Shown piece after piece: positions 1 through 9,824 of a DNA stretch of 64,000 nucleotides. Each line of letters starts with the position of its first letter. Position 1 is the first letter of the stretch. This stretch comes from Planctomycetota bacterium (GTDB taxonomy: Bacteria > Planctomycetota > Phycisphaerae > WQYP01): positions 34,756 through 98,755 of the forward strand of contig JAKAEZ010000004.1 in the NCBI GenBank assembly GCA_021819825.1. Reading direction: 5' to 3'. The notes under the pieces are model-generated. The model saw only the letters and a list, made by a program, of their open reading frames with translations. It did not search any database and had not been told where the DNA came from. The position numbers were made by a program, and so were the translations under genes.

Positions 1-152
1 TCCATGAAGGTATTGGTTGAGGCATTATACGAATTTGCATCCAACGCCCAGTGGTCCAGAACCGTTGGATCCGCATGAGCGCTGGTGGCCGCCATGCCGA
101 CAACCGCGGCTGCCGCTAATCCAAGAGCCAATCCTAAATTTCTTGACAACAT
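1..152 (-). CDS. 5' end of a secreted protein gene (partial; continues past the left edge)
   Basis: ATG at 152-150 on the minus strand, preceded by AGGTG. Translation is MLSRNLGLALGLAAAAVVGMAATSAHADPTVLDHWALDANSYNASTNTFM, which has a signal-peptide-like N-terminus. The frame stays open to position 1. It is absent from the ORF track because it has no stop in the window. Confidence 0.4.
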   Translation of the reverse strand, partial: MLSRNLGLALGLAAAAVVGMAATSAHADPTVLDHWALDANSYNASTNTFM

Positions 153-656
153 GGAAACACCTGTGCTTTCTCCCGCCTTTGGCGAGCTTGTGCGGCTTGC
201 GCCGCAGGTTGGTAAAATAGGAGAAACGTGATACTCTCTGCTAAACTTTCGCATCGCAGAACCTCCAAAAAAAAAGTGGTTAATAAATACGCCCGGCTCA
301 CATTAAGCCATGGCTAGCCATTTACCAATTAAAACACCTCTTGATCAGCGTGTCATACCATATCTTGCCTCCGCACTAATAATTGTGCGACAAAGCGAAA
401 ACGAATCTCAAACGACTGCGGCGATAATGCTGCGCCAATTTCGTACAATACGGTTGCACATAAATGACACTTGGCAACCTCGATTAAAGATGCCTTAAGA
501 ATACGTGTTAATTGGTCCTTCCGCTAGTCTAATTTTGCGCAAAAATCATCATTTATCGCGCAAGGACGCAAGCCATCGCCAATTCATCGCCACTCCAAGT
601 TTCGCTTCAATTGCCGATATTATATTAAACAAACACAACTATTTTGCACTTTTATC

Positions 657-685
657 TTGACAATGAACACAAAAATTACTAGTAT
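657..685 (+). promoter_or_regulatory. Candidate sigma70-type promoter upstream of the DUF1080 gene
   Basis: TTGACA (657-662), a 17-nt spacer, then TAGTAT (680-685), about 65 nt upstream of the ATG at 750 in an AT-rich intergenic region. Confidence 0.3.
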
Positions 686-749
686 GCCTGCTGGCGTTGG
701 CTTCAAGCCCAACCGCTCATGAATCCCAGCTTGAAACGGAGACTTAACC

Positions 750-1466
750 ATGCCTGATTTCTCGGCAAGTCGTTGGCCGATGCGTACTGCCGTCGCATTG
801 ATTATGCTTGCAGGTCTTTACCTGACCTGCCTGGCCCTGCATAGCATGTATCCGGCGCGGGCGGGACAACTTTCCGACGCCCGGCATTACGCAGTATTAT
901 TCAATGGAAAAAATCTGCGCGGATGGATACAAGTTCCCGATCATTCATGGACGGTCAAACATGGTGCGATGGCCAGTCTCGGCGTTGGTCGCGGTATGAT
1001 ATATACTGCGAGAGACTTCAGCCACTATCGGCTCAGGTTCACCGCACGGCAGATTTCGGGCAATCATCAAGCCTGCTTTCTAATATTTTGCACGCGTCCG
1101 CAACGCGGAAAAAAGCCGCTGGATGCGCTTGCGGGCATTCAGTTTCAGATTCCCAATGGCGGCCACTGGGATTATCGTAAAGGCCATAACAACAGTGGCC
1201 GTGGGGAGTTTAAAACATTGCGGCACAAGAAATTCAATATCCACAAATGGTACAGAGTTGAAATTACGGTCAACGCGACGGCTGGAACAGCGCGCATGGC
1301 TATATCCCAGCCGCTGGGAAGTCGATTCGTGCCAGTGCTTGATTTCAAGAATAAGGCGGCGGGAAAAGTCGGGCCGATTGCATTTCAAATGCACAACAAG
1401 GGCCTTTTTGATCAATATAAGAATGTGCAAGTTGAGGTTATTCCCACGCACCCACACTCCCATTAA
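750..1466 (+). CDS. DUF1080 / 3-keto-disaccharide hydrolase family protein (secreted or membrane-anchored)
   Basis: Hydrophobic N-terminus. LFNGKNLRGW...SWTVKHG near the N-terminus and GPIAFQMHNKGLFDQYKNVQV at the C-terminus match the DUF1080 concanavalin-like family signature. Confidence 0.8.
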   Translation: MPDFSASRWPMRTAVALIMLAGLYLTCLALHSMYPARAGQLSDARHYAVLFNGKNLRGWIQVPDHSWTVKHGAMASLGVGRGMIYTARDFSHYRLRFTARQISGNHQACFLIFCTRPQRGKKPLDALAGIQFQIPNGGHWDYRKGHNNSGRGEFKTLRHKKFNIHKWYRVEITVNATAGTARMAISQPLGSRFVPVLDFKNKAAGKVGPIAFQMHNKGLFDQYKNVQVEVIPTHPHSH

Positions 1467-1529
1467 AGGCTTGCACGCGGGATTAACGCCAATTTTTTGC
1501 TTACTTTTTATGGAGTTGACACACTTGCG

Positions 1530-2195
1530 TCAGCGTGTCCAAATCCGGATATCTTTAATATAGACCTGCATGACCCGGCTGGCACCGTGCTGGGCGTACA
1601 CGCCGTCTTTCATATAAAAGTCCGGTGCGCCATTGTCATGCTGGGTCCATGCTTTCCGACCATTTATCCATACGGTAATTACATGGCTTTTCACGTCGTG
1701 CCGAACCTGCAGGTGAAACCACTTCCCCGTCAGATGCGCCGCCAATTCTCTTCCGGAGTAATCGTGAAGCGATCCTCCGTCCCGGGCGTACCAGAACAGC
1801 ATAAATGTCGTAGCGCCATAACGATGAGAATACGCATTGCCGGTGTGAATCTGAAAGATACATGTGCCGCTGGTACCGGCGGGAACCATCATATCTGATG
1901 CGTATTGGACCTCCCCGGAAGCGTAATCAGGAATGAACCGCTGTTCGGTGCGCGGCTTGGTATGGCTGCGCTTTGAAAAGGGTTTGTCATTTCGGTACAC
2001 CCGAAGATGGTAAATACCATGCGATATCACGTATCGGCTCTGTCGGGAGACGTTGTAGGGATACTGTATCCTGAAATGCACCGGTGCGGGAATCCAGCGA
2101 TCGCTTCCACTTGAAGCAGACACCCTTATTGAAATTGCCGCAGTGCATGCGATCAGAGCCATTAATATCAGCCTTAGGGTTATTTTTGCAACCAT
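1530..2195 (-). CDS. Secreted concanavalin-like jelly-roll protein, polysaccharide lyase family 7-like
   Basis: Signal peptide MVAKITLRLILMALIACTAA. IFQIH and FYMKDGVYAQ resemble the QIH and YFKAGVY motifs of PL7 lyases. The assignment is by motif only. Confidence 0.55.
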   Translation of the reverse strand: MVAKITLRLILMALIACTAAISIRVSASSGSDRWIPAPVHFRIQYPYNVSRQSRYVISHGIYHLRVYRNDKPFSKRSHTKPRTEQRFIPDYASGEVQYASDMMVPAGTSGTCIFQIHTGNAYSHRYGATTFMLFWYARDGGSLHDYSGRELAAHLTGKWFHLQVRHDVKSHVITVWINGRKAWTQHDNGAPDFYMKDGVYAQHGASRVMQVYIKDIRIWTR

Positions 2196-2365
2196 GATTG
2201 GGCTCCTGAATACAGCGGCACCGTCACGACTGGGCCGAAGGGGTGATCGCCTGCGAAATCATCATTCACACGCCCCTTTGTGCCATGTCGCTTTTATTAT
2301 AATTTAATACCATTATAATGCAATCCATGAAATCACGGTTGCGCGTTGTTTACAGGAGAAAAACA

Positions 2366-3784
2366 ATGTCTACTCATCCTCATTGGGTCCGAAGATTGCT
2401 TATGATCGGCTCTGTGCCGGCGCTCTTACTGGGCGTACTGGCGGCGTCAGCGGGAACAGCCACTCCAACACCGATGCCCTTGAATCCTATGAAGCTGCCC
2501 TGGCCGCGGGCCAACGAGATTCTTGCACGGGTACAGCCACCGAAGTTCCCGATGCGTACCTTTTCTGTTGTGCAATTTGGCGCAATTGGTAATGGCCGCA
2601 GCGATTGCACTGCTGCATTTCACAAGGCAGTCAAGGCCTGTTGGGCAGCCGGTGGCGGCAGTGTGATGGTTCCGCCAGGTGTATACCGCACCGGTGCCAT
2701 CAAGCTGTTGAGCCATGTCGATTTGCATATCCAGAAAGGTGCCACGATTGACTTCAGTGGCAATCCCCGCCAGTACCCTCTGGAACGATGCCGCAACCAA
2801 GGCATCGACCTCATGACGTTTTCACCGTTGATTTACGCCTATGATCAGACCAATATCGCCATTACCGGCCATGGAATTCTCAATGCCGCCCGAACCGGTC
2901 GCTGGAATCATGAAGTTGGCCGAAACTGGGGATTGCTTCAAAAAATGGAACGTGAGGGCGTGCCTGTTAAAGACCGGGTATTTGGCATGGGGCGGCCACT
3001 GGCCACGACTTTTATCGAGCCGTATCACTGCACGAATGTGCTGATTAAAGATATTACGCTCGTCCACTCGCACTGGTGGCAGTTGCACCCCACGTTATGT
3101 ACCGATGTCACGATCAACCATGTAACGACGGAGGGCACGAAAGCTCACAGCGACGGATGCGATCCGGATTCGTGTGATAATGTCGTCATCAACAATTGTT
3201 TTTTCGGCGCAGGTGATGATTGCATTGCCATCAAATCCGGACGTAATGCCGATAAATTCCGCAGTTCCCGGCCCTGCGAAAATCTGGTCATCATGAACAG
3301 TCGATTTTCCGGACCATGGGGCATGATTGCCTGCGGCAGCGAGCAGACACAGGGAATTAAGCATGTCTTCGGCTATAACCTGCGGACTGTACCGTGGCGA
3401 AAATATCGAGGCGTGCGCTACGCATTGTACATCAAGTCCAATACAATGCGCGGCGGCTATACGCGGGATGTACACGTGGATCATATTCGCGGAACGTTCA
3501 GTAACGCGGTGGTGTTCGCCACACTGAACTATGGCCACAGTCGCGACGGCCACAAACCGCTGTTTGATGATATTAGCCTGGATCATGTCACAACCATCAG
3601 CGCTCCGCGCGTACTGGATCTAATCGGCCTGCCGGATGATGATATCAAGTCAATTACTCTGCGCAATTGTACGTTTAAGCATATCACCCATCGGAACATT
3701 GTGCGGAATGTTAAAACACTTATTATGCAAAACGTAAAGGTTAACGGGCAATCCATGGATCATACGGTACGCGGCCAACGATGA
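2366..3784 (+). CDS. Glycoside hydrolase family 28 (polygalacturonase-like)
   Basis: FGAIGNGRSDCTAAF..GGGSVMVPPGVYRTGAIKL at the N-terminus and HSDGCDPDSCDNVVINNCFFGAGDDCIAIKSG catalytic-region motifs. The ATG at 2366 is preceded by AGGAG; the ORF track starts earlier, at 2318. Confidence 0.88.
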   Translation: MSTHPHWVRRLLMIGSVPALLLGVLAASAGTATPTPMPLNPMKLPWPRANEILARVQPPKFPMRTFSVVQFGAIGNGRSDCTAAFHKAVKACWAAGGGSVMVPPGVYRTGAIKLLSHVDLHIQKGATIDFSGNPRQYPLERCRNQGIDLMTFSPLIYAYDQTNIAITGHGILNAARTGRWNHEVGRNWGLLQKMEREGVPVKDRVFGMGRPLATTFIEPYHCTNVLIKDITLVHSHWWQLHPTLCTDVTINHVTTEGTKAHSDGCDPDSCDNVVINNCFFGAGDDCIAIKSGRNADKFRSSRPCENLVIMNSRFSGPWGMIACGSEQTQGIKHVFGYNLRTVPWRKYRGVRYALYIKSNTMRGGYTRDVHVDHIRGTFSNAVVFATLNYGHSRDGHKPLFDDISLDHVTTISAPRVLDLIGLPDDDIKSITLRNCTFKHITHRNIVRNVKTLIMQNVKVNGQSMDHTVRGQR

Positions 3785-3883
3785 TATATTTTCTACCGTC
3801 CCGGCGCGAGCCGGGTTTGCAGGGATGTCCAATCCACCAAGAGGTTAATATGTGCCCGCAGTGAATATGCGTTCCAGATATCG

Positions 3884-6580
3884 TCATCGCGTGGCATCGA
3901 CGCGCACGGCTTTGCTGCCGGCATATTCACCGCGCCCGGCGGCGTTGACCCCGGCAAGCTCAAAATGGTACGTCTGCCGCGGTTTCAAGCCCGACACAAT
4001 CGCAAACGTGGTGTGCCCGCCCCACAACACCAGCATGGTCCGTCCCGATAGTGTAATTTCTCTTCCGCCAGGGAAAACCCGCAAAACGTAGTGCGTCACC
4101 GGCGCGCCGCCGTTATAACGCGGGCTGCGGAAGCGCACACTTGCGATCCCATTTTGTATCCGCACGCGGACAATAGTAGGCACCCCCGGAGGTCGAATCC
4201 GCCGTTGCGATGGCGTAATGTCCGCTGAGGGAATTGACGGCGGGCTTTCCCCGTCACCGTTTGTGGCGGTAACGGTAAAGCTGCACGGCTTGCCATTGGG
4301 CAAGCCGGAGATTGTCACATAACCATTTTTCATGTACTGGGCATTTGAAATCGCAATGCTACTGCCATTGGATGCCATTACGGTATAGCGGGTTATGGGC
4401 GAGCTTCCCTGAAAAACCGGTGGATTCCATGATACATAAGCAAAGCCGTTGCCGCCCCAGGCCGCAACGCGCATAGGCGGTTCGGGCGCGGCTGGTGCTC
4501 CAAATTGTCGCTTAAGAATATTACGAAAGGCCTTTTGCAGTCCCGCTGTGCGCAGGATTGCCGCCGGCACCTGATCCAGGGAAGCAATCAGATGGTTGTT
4601 GCGGAGGGTAACGTTCATTCGCGAGGTGTCCGGATCCCCCTGTTGCCAGTAATTATTTTCAAAACGGAAACCATCAAATATTTTTCCACGGTTGCCGTCA
4701 TAATAATCACGGTGCCGTCCGCCCCAATTGTCAAAATTGGTATGGAATATCACGTTATCTTCAGCCGTTACGTTATTACAGCCGTTGTCGGTGTATATGC
4801 CATGGCCGGAACCGTATTGATTATATATCACATTACCAAGGAGCTTTTCACCCTGCGCCAATGACGGACCGGTAAGACCCTGCGTGTAAATGCCGCCCCC
4901 ATCCGCCAGTGTCAGCATGTGATCAAAGATAAGATTATGCGCGACCACGTTATCATGTGAATTATTCGCCACACCCGCCAGTTTGATCTTATCCAGCCAG
5001 CCACCCCAACCCAGCGATATCGCGGTATACGGCAGATCATTGAGTTGATTGTGATCGATCAGGGTATTGGCCGCATAGCCCACATCAATGCCCACGCCGC
5101 CATGATATTCAGTTGCAACATTATAAATATGATTGTCTTCAATAATATTATTCCGCGTTACCTCCATGAGCGGCGCTTCCGGCATGTCCACGTTACCAAG
5201 TTCTATGCCGTTGGCGGATATGTCGGTAAATACGCAACCTTTCACCGTATCAAATTGCGACCCATCACCAAGCTGTAAACCCGCAGCCCCAAGATGCACA
5301 AAGGCGTCACGCATAAACTGAATCTGGTGATCGTTGATGAAACTTACATTTCCCGGCGTTTGAGTCCAATACCCGAACGGACATTGACCGTGTGGTACAA
5401 GGTGGCACAGACCCTGCGTTTTATACCCATGGGTTCCGGTGACCATGTAATTGGCCTGAATTTCAGAAAACCCTTCCGGCGAACTGGGAAAAAGCCACGT
5501 CGCATACGAAAATTGAATACCCGAGAACGCAATATTATGAACCGGATCTGTAGGTGTACCATGGCCGATGATCAACTGCTGCAACACCGGCGCTTCAACG
5601 TCCGCGGTTACGAGGTTCTCACCAGTACGCGGCGTGTAAAACAGCGTGTGCGTCGGACGATCCAGATACCACTGGCCGGGTGTACCCAAAAATTCAAATA
5701 CATTCGCGGCATAAGCCGGCTCCTTGCCTACATGCCCCGGACCTACCAGATTGGCCATGCGGCGCGAGTGAAATTTGGCCGGTAGCTTGACCCGTCGCGT
5801 GGAATTATTCCAGCACGGTTGAGCCATCGAGATAATCCGACCCACAATGCTCTCCACCGGACACTGCGGCTGCGTCCACGGTCCCAGGCCCAGCGATGGC
5901 TGGGACCATAGTCCATTGCCCCCGGTGTATACAAAATCAATATCACTCTGGTTTTTCCAATGGGCCATAACCGCTGACGCGGCAATATAACCCGTTGCGG
6001 TTGTGCGAACGGCTACGGGCAGCCTACCGCGCGTCCGCAAGGCCCGCACACCGTTGATATACAGTTGCCGCGTATTATGCAACACCGCCGGCACTTCGGC
6101 CGCCCAGAGATTTTTTGTTTTGTTAATAAGCCGCCAACGCGTGATGCGCACTGCCCCGCTGATGACAACCTTTGCGCCTGATACGGCCTGATAGATCACA
6201 TCATGACCGTTGGTCCCAGAATCAGCCGGGGTCAATTCAAGCGGCTTGGTCAGGCGATAGGTTCCGGCCTCCAGATTCACCACAATATCGCCCGTCATGT
6301 TGCGATTCATCGTCCGCACTATGTCACGGGCATGCGGCAAAGTTCGCACGGGTTGCGCGGCCGTACCGGGGTTTTTGTTACTGCCGGCCGGCGAAACGAA
6401 AATGTTTACATGGGCCGCATTCACCGCTGCCAACGAAAAGCTTGAAAAAATACCGCCGGTCAGCAGTGCCGCCAGCACGAGACTCCGATTCGCCAGGCGT
6501 CTACGCCCGTTACCTGAGACCCGGCTAATCTGGATTTTCGCTCTACCGACCAGCGAACAGCAACCAAAAACACTTTTCAT
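3884..6580 (-). CDS. Secreted right-handed parallel beta-helix repeat protein with two C-terminal fibronectin type III domains
   Basis: 898 aa with a signal peptide containing an RRR stretch. Repeated beta-helix motifs (NVIxxN / GIxxxN) run through the middle. Two FN3-like modules sit at the C-terminus (WNPP..SPITRYTV..LPNGKPCSFTVTATNGDGES and ..GAPVTHYVLRV..LKPRQTYHFELAGVNAAGRGE). Confidence 0.8.
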   Translation of the reverse strand: MKSVFGCCSLVGRAKIQISRVSGNGRRRLANRSLVLAALLTGGIFSSFSLAAVNAAHVNIFVSPAGSNKNPGTAAQPVRTLPHARDIVRTMNRNMTGDIVVNLEAGTYRLTKPLELTPADSGTNGHDVIYQAVSGAKVVISGAVRITRWRLINKTKNLWAAEVPAVLHNTRQLYINGVRALRTRGRLPVAVRTTATGYIAASAVMAHWKNQSDIDFVYTGGNGLWSQPSLGLGPWTQPQCPVESIVGRIISMAQPCWNNSTRRVKLPAKFHSRRMANLVGPGHVGKEPAYAANVFEFLGTPGQWYLDRPTHTLFYTPRTGENLVTADVEAPVLQQLIIGHGTPTDPVHNIAFSGIQFSYATWLFPSSPEGFSEIQANYMVTGTHGYKTQGLCHLVPHGQCPFGYWTQTPGNVSFINDHQIQFMRDAFVHLGAAGLQLGDGSQFDTVKGCVFTDISANGIELGNVDMPEAPLMEVTRNNIIEDNHIYNVATEYHGGVGIDVGYAANTLIDHNQLNDLPYTAISLGWGGWLDKIKLAGVANNSHDNVVAHNLIFDHMLTLADGGGIYTQGLTGPSLAQGEKLLGNVIYNQYGSGHGIYTDNGCNNVTAEDNVIFHTNFDNWGGRHRDYYDGNRGKIFDGFRFENNYWQQGDPDTSRMNVTLRNNHLIASLDQVPAAILRTAGLQKAFRNILKRQFGAPAAPEPPMRVAAWGGNGFAYVSWNPPVFQGSSPITRYTVMASNGSSIAISNAQYMKNGYVTISGLPNGKPCSFTVTATNGDGESPPSIPSADITPSQRRIRPPGVPTIVRVRIQNGIASVRFRSPRYNGGAPVTHYVLRVFPGGREITLSGRTMLVLWGGHTTFAIVSGLKPRQTYHFELAGVNAAGRGEYAGSKAVRVDATR

Positions 6581-6671
6581 ATTTGCATCTCCGCGACATT
6601 TAATATAAATTTAACCGCCACGTGCTTTTTGTGCAAGAGCAGCGAACCGTTGTTGTTGAAAGGGTCATAAC

Positions 6672-8201
6672 ATGCCATTGTGCCGTCTTTGGATATTCAT
6701 CTGGATCGGGCTGCTGTGTGGCTCGCTACGAGCCGCAACCAGTCAGTGGGCGCATTTTGCCCGAGACGGCACGCTGGTTTATCGCACCAGCCCCGGGGGT
6801 GATCGCATCATGGATTTTTCTTACGCCGGTTATGCGGGCGGCGGCGTGGCAATTCCAATTGTGTCAGCTAAGCGTTCGGTGCGTCCCACGGGAGATCATG
6901 ATACTTTGGTCATTCAGCGGGCCATTGATGCTGTATCCAAAATGCCGCTGGTGGATGGATTCCGTGGCGCGGTGCTGCTTGCGCCGGGAACGTATGTCTG
7001 TCATCACACTCTCACGATCCATTCTTCCGGCGTGGTGTTACGCGGGGCAGGGATCGGCAAAACCATTATTCGCATGGCCGGTGCCAAACACTTGTGCATC
7101 CGTGTAACTGGCGGGCGCGGCCCTATGATTACCGGTCACCCCATTGCATTGACCAGATATTACGTGCCCTGCGGAACGTTATCGCTGAAGCTGCAAAATG
7201 TGCACGGACTTTCCGTGGGTGATCATATTCTCATTGGCCATCCCATAACTCGTCGCTATATCCATTTCATGGGGATGGACAAACTTTTTCGCAATGGCAG
7301 GCAGGAACATTGGATATCCGGAACCGTCAACACTCTGCGACGAATTACCGCAATTCGCGGCACTCGCATTGAACTCAATGCACCGTTGACCGACAGTATT
7401 AATCCGCACTTTACCGATCCACCGGGAGCAACAGTAGTGCGTTGTGAAACAGCGAATCAGTTGGCCCATGTGGGATTGGAAAATTTTGAAATACTCTCGC
7501 CGCCGCAGCATGGCACACTCTTCGGTTCGCGGCATAATGGGGGTATCCAGCTAAATGGGGTGAGTAACGCATGGCTTAATCACATCGCCATCGGCAATAC
7601 CGTCGGCGCGATTTCAGTGGGGCCATACGCCGACAAGATCACAATGAATCGTCTGGAAATTTCCCACGCCACCGCCACCACCGGTGCCGCGCTTCCGGCG
7701 GATTTTTCGATCAGTGGATCACGCATATTAATTAATCGCTGCACCGACCACGGCAGCCGTCTGTTTTATTTTGTTACCGGTGCCCGTGCGTCAGGACCAA
7801 ATGTCCTGTTGAATTGTAATTTTTACGGCAATGGCTCCATCCAGCCGCACCAGCGCTGGGCCACCGGACTGCTGGTCGACAATTGCTATGTGCCGCAAGG
7901 GAGCATTGAATTTATCAATCGCGGGGAAATGGGCAGCGGCCACGGCTGGACTATTGGATGGGCAGTTGCGTGGAACTGCCAAGCTCATTTTCTCGTGATC
8001 CAAAATCCCCCCGGCGCGGCCAATTGGGCCATCGGCTGCACAGGGCTGCTTCGGACACTTCCCATGCCCTTTACCCACGGCCCAAAAATACCCACGGGCA
8101 TCGTCGATCACCTTGCAGTGCCGGTTGACCCACCAAGCCTCTACTTAGCCCAGTTACGCCAGCGGCTGGGAAATAACGCGATTCACAATATCGGATACTA
8201 A
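6672..8201 (+). CDS. Secreted pectate-lyase-superfamily (beta-helix) protein
   Basis: Signal peptide. FSYAGYAGGGVAIP...IQRAIDAVS...GAVLLAPGTYVCHHTLTIHSSGVVLRGAG is typical of the pectate_lyase_3-type N-terminus. Confidence 0.7.
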   Translation: MPLCRLWIFIWIGLLCGSLRAATSQWAHFARDGTLVYRTSPGGDRIMDFSYAGYAGGGVAIPIVSAKRSVRPTGDHDTLVIQRAIDAVSKMPLVDGFRGAVLLAPGTYVCHHTLTIHSSGVVLRGAGIGKTIIRMAGAKHLCIRVTGGRGPMITGHPIALTRYYVPCGTLSLKLQNVHGLSVGDHILIGHPITRRYIHFMGMDKLFRNGRQEHWISGTVNTLRRITAIRGTRIELNAPLTDSINPHFTDPPGATVVRCETANQLAHVGLENFEILSPPQHGTLFGSRHNGGIQLNGVSNAWLNHIAIGNTVGAISVGPYADKITMNRLEISHATATTGAALPADFSISGSRILINRCTDHGSRLFYFVTGARASGPNVLLNCNFYGNGSIQPHQRWATGLLVDNCYVPQGSIEFINRGEMGSGHGWTIGWAVAWNCQAHFLVIQNPPGAANWAIGCTGLLRTLPMPFTHGPKIPTGIVDHLAVPVDPPSLYLAQLRQRLGNNAIHNIGY

Positions 8202-8367
8202 GCGAGCCGCACTTGCATTTTTGCGGCAAAGCGGGAAAATAGTCCGTGCGATGGAATGTGAAAGCCGCCATCCGGGGTATCTATGGCACCAGCAAGCCCT
8301 TTGGCTGGTTCTCAACTGAAACCGACCGGGCGGTTCCGAGGAACGCCATCAGTACGGATTAATAATT

Positions 8368-9519
8368 ATGAAAACAAACCGACGGGTTGCCGTGGTTATG
8401 GGCATTGATTCGGCGTTTGGCCGCGAATTATTGCGCGGTATTAACGAGTATGGGCGGGAAAACGGGCATTGGCATTTGTATTTTGGACACAATCCGGATA
8501 TTCCCATGCTCCCAAAGCGTGAAGAATGGGATGTTGACGGCATAATCATTTACCTGGGCACACGCAAGGACTATGACGCGGTGCAACCGATCAAAGTACC
8601 GATTGTCAATATCGGTAGCGCTTTTGAAGATTTAAAAATTCCTTCGGTCCGACCGGATAATGAGGATATTGGGCGTGCCGCCGCGGAACATCTAATCTCA
8701 AAGGGGTTGAATAATTTTGCCTGCGTGAGCGTTGCCGATCACGCCGGTGCGGAGAAGCGCGTGCGCGGATTTCTGTCGGTAGTCACCGCAGCCGGCACCA
8801 GCCATCGCTTTATTGACACAATTAAACTTCGCAGCCGCACACCCGAGGAGGCGGATCGGATCGCACTGATGCGCTGGCTGGCGGAATTACCCAAGCCAGC
8901 CGGCGTAATGGTCTTCAATGATCAGTATGCCCAAGCGGTCGTTGAGGCGGCCCGCCGCAGCAAGTTCCGCATCCCGGAAGAAATCGCCCTGATCAGCGTG
9001 GATAATGATGACCTGTTATGCACAATCACCAACCCGCAGTTATCAAGCGTGGATTCCGCGGCGGATCGAATCGGCTACAGCGCGGCAGAACTGCTCAATG
9101 GTTTGATGCACGGCAAGCATCCTCCAGCGGCACCCGTTCTCGTCCCCCATCGCGGGGTGGTTCCGCGCCGCTCCACGGATGTTTTAGCATTGGAAGACCC
9201 GGAAGTTCTTGCCGCCATGCGATTCATCCGGCAACAGCCGGTGGATCAGTTAAATATCGAGAAGGTCTTAACCGTGGTAAGCATTTCCCGCCGCACGCTG
9301 GAACGGCGATTTGCCCAGTCCATCGGCCGCACGGTCTATGACGAAATTAGAAACCGCCGCATTGAACATGGAAAATTCCTGCTATCACGTACAAAAATGC
9401 CGGTGGAAGAGATTGGCACGGCATGCGGATTCAAGCATCTTTCACATTTCAGTAACGCCTTTGAGAAAGCTACGGGCGTGCGGCCAAGAAAATTCCGCGA
9501 GCAGACCGGTGCGGTGTAA
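8368..9519 (+). CDS. XylR-like regulator (periplasmic-binding-protein-type sugar sensor domain + AraC-family HTH)
   Basis: N-terminal LacI/PBP-like domain. C-terminal AraC HTH (..ISRRTLERRFAQSIGRTVYDEIRNRRIEHGKFLL..TKMPVEEIGTACGFKHLSHFSNAFEKATGVRPRKFR). Confidence 0.85.
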   Translation: MKTNRRVAVVMGIDSAFGRELLRGINEYGRENGHWHLYFGHNPDIPMLPKREEWDVDGIIIYLGTRKDYDAVQPIKVPIVNIGSAFEDLKIPSVRPDNEDIGRAAAEHLISKGLNNFACVSVADHAGAEKRVRGFLSVVTAAGTSHRFIDTIKLRSRTPEEADRIALMRWLAELPKPAGVMVFNDQYAQAVVEAARRSKFRIPEEIALISVDNDDLLCTITNPQLSSVDSAADRIGYSAAELLNGLMHGKHPPAAPVLVPHRGVVPRRSTDVLALEDPEVLAAMRFIRQQPVDQLNIEKVLTVVSISRRTLERRFAQSIGRTVYDEIRNRRIEHGKFLLSRTKMPVEEIGTACGFKHLSHFSNAFEKATGVRPRKFREQTGAV

Positions 9520-9824
9520 GACCACTGGCGGTTCGTGGACGCCAGAGATCGATTCGCCAAATTAGGGTTGGTGTCTTTGGGACAACTTCCGCGCTCTGCG
9601 GCGACCATGAAGCGCAAAAATCACCGTGAACACCAGAGGCTGTGCGGCCACAATTCATAAAAATGTCATCATATTTTCTGACTCCATTTGGACGCATAAT
9701 ACATCCCCAGACCGCAACACAATGTCCGGTATTACTAAGGGGCAACGACAGCTAACTCGTTCACACTTCCCGTAGTGATGTTTATCGGACAGACAGTCGG
9801 AAAAGGTTTAAAGATTGCACCAGT

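Noticed and set aside
310-498. 62-aa ORF in the AT-rich region upstream of the DUF1080 gene.
   Set aside because: It has no ribosome-binding site and no motif, and it lies in promoter-like AT-rich DNA. It is probably non-coding.
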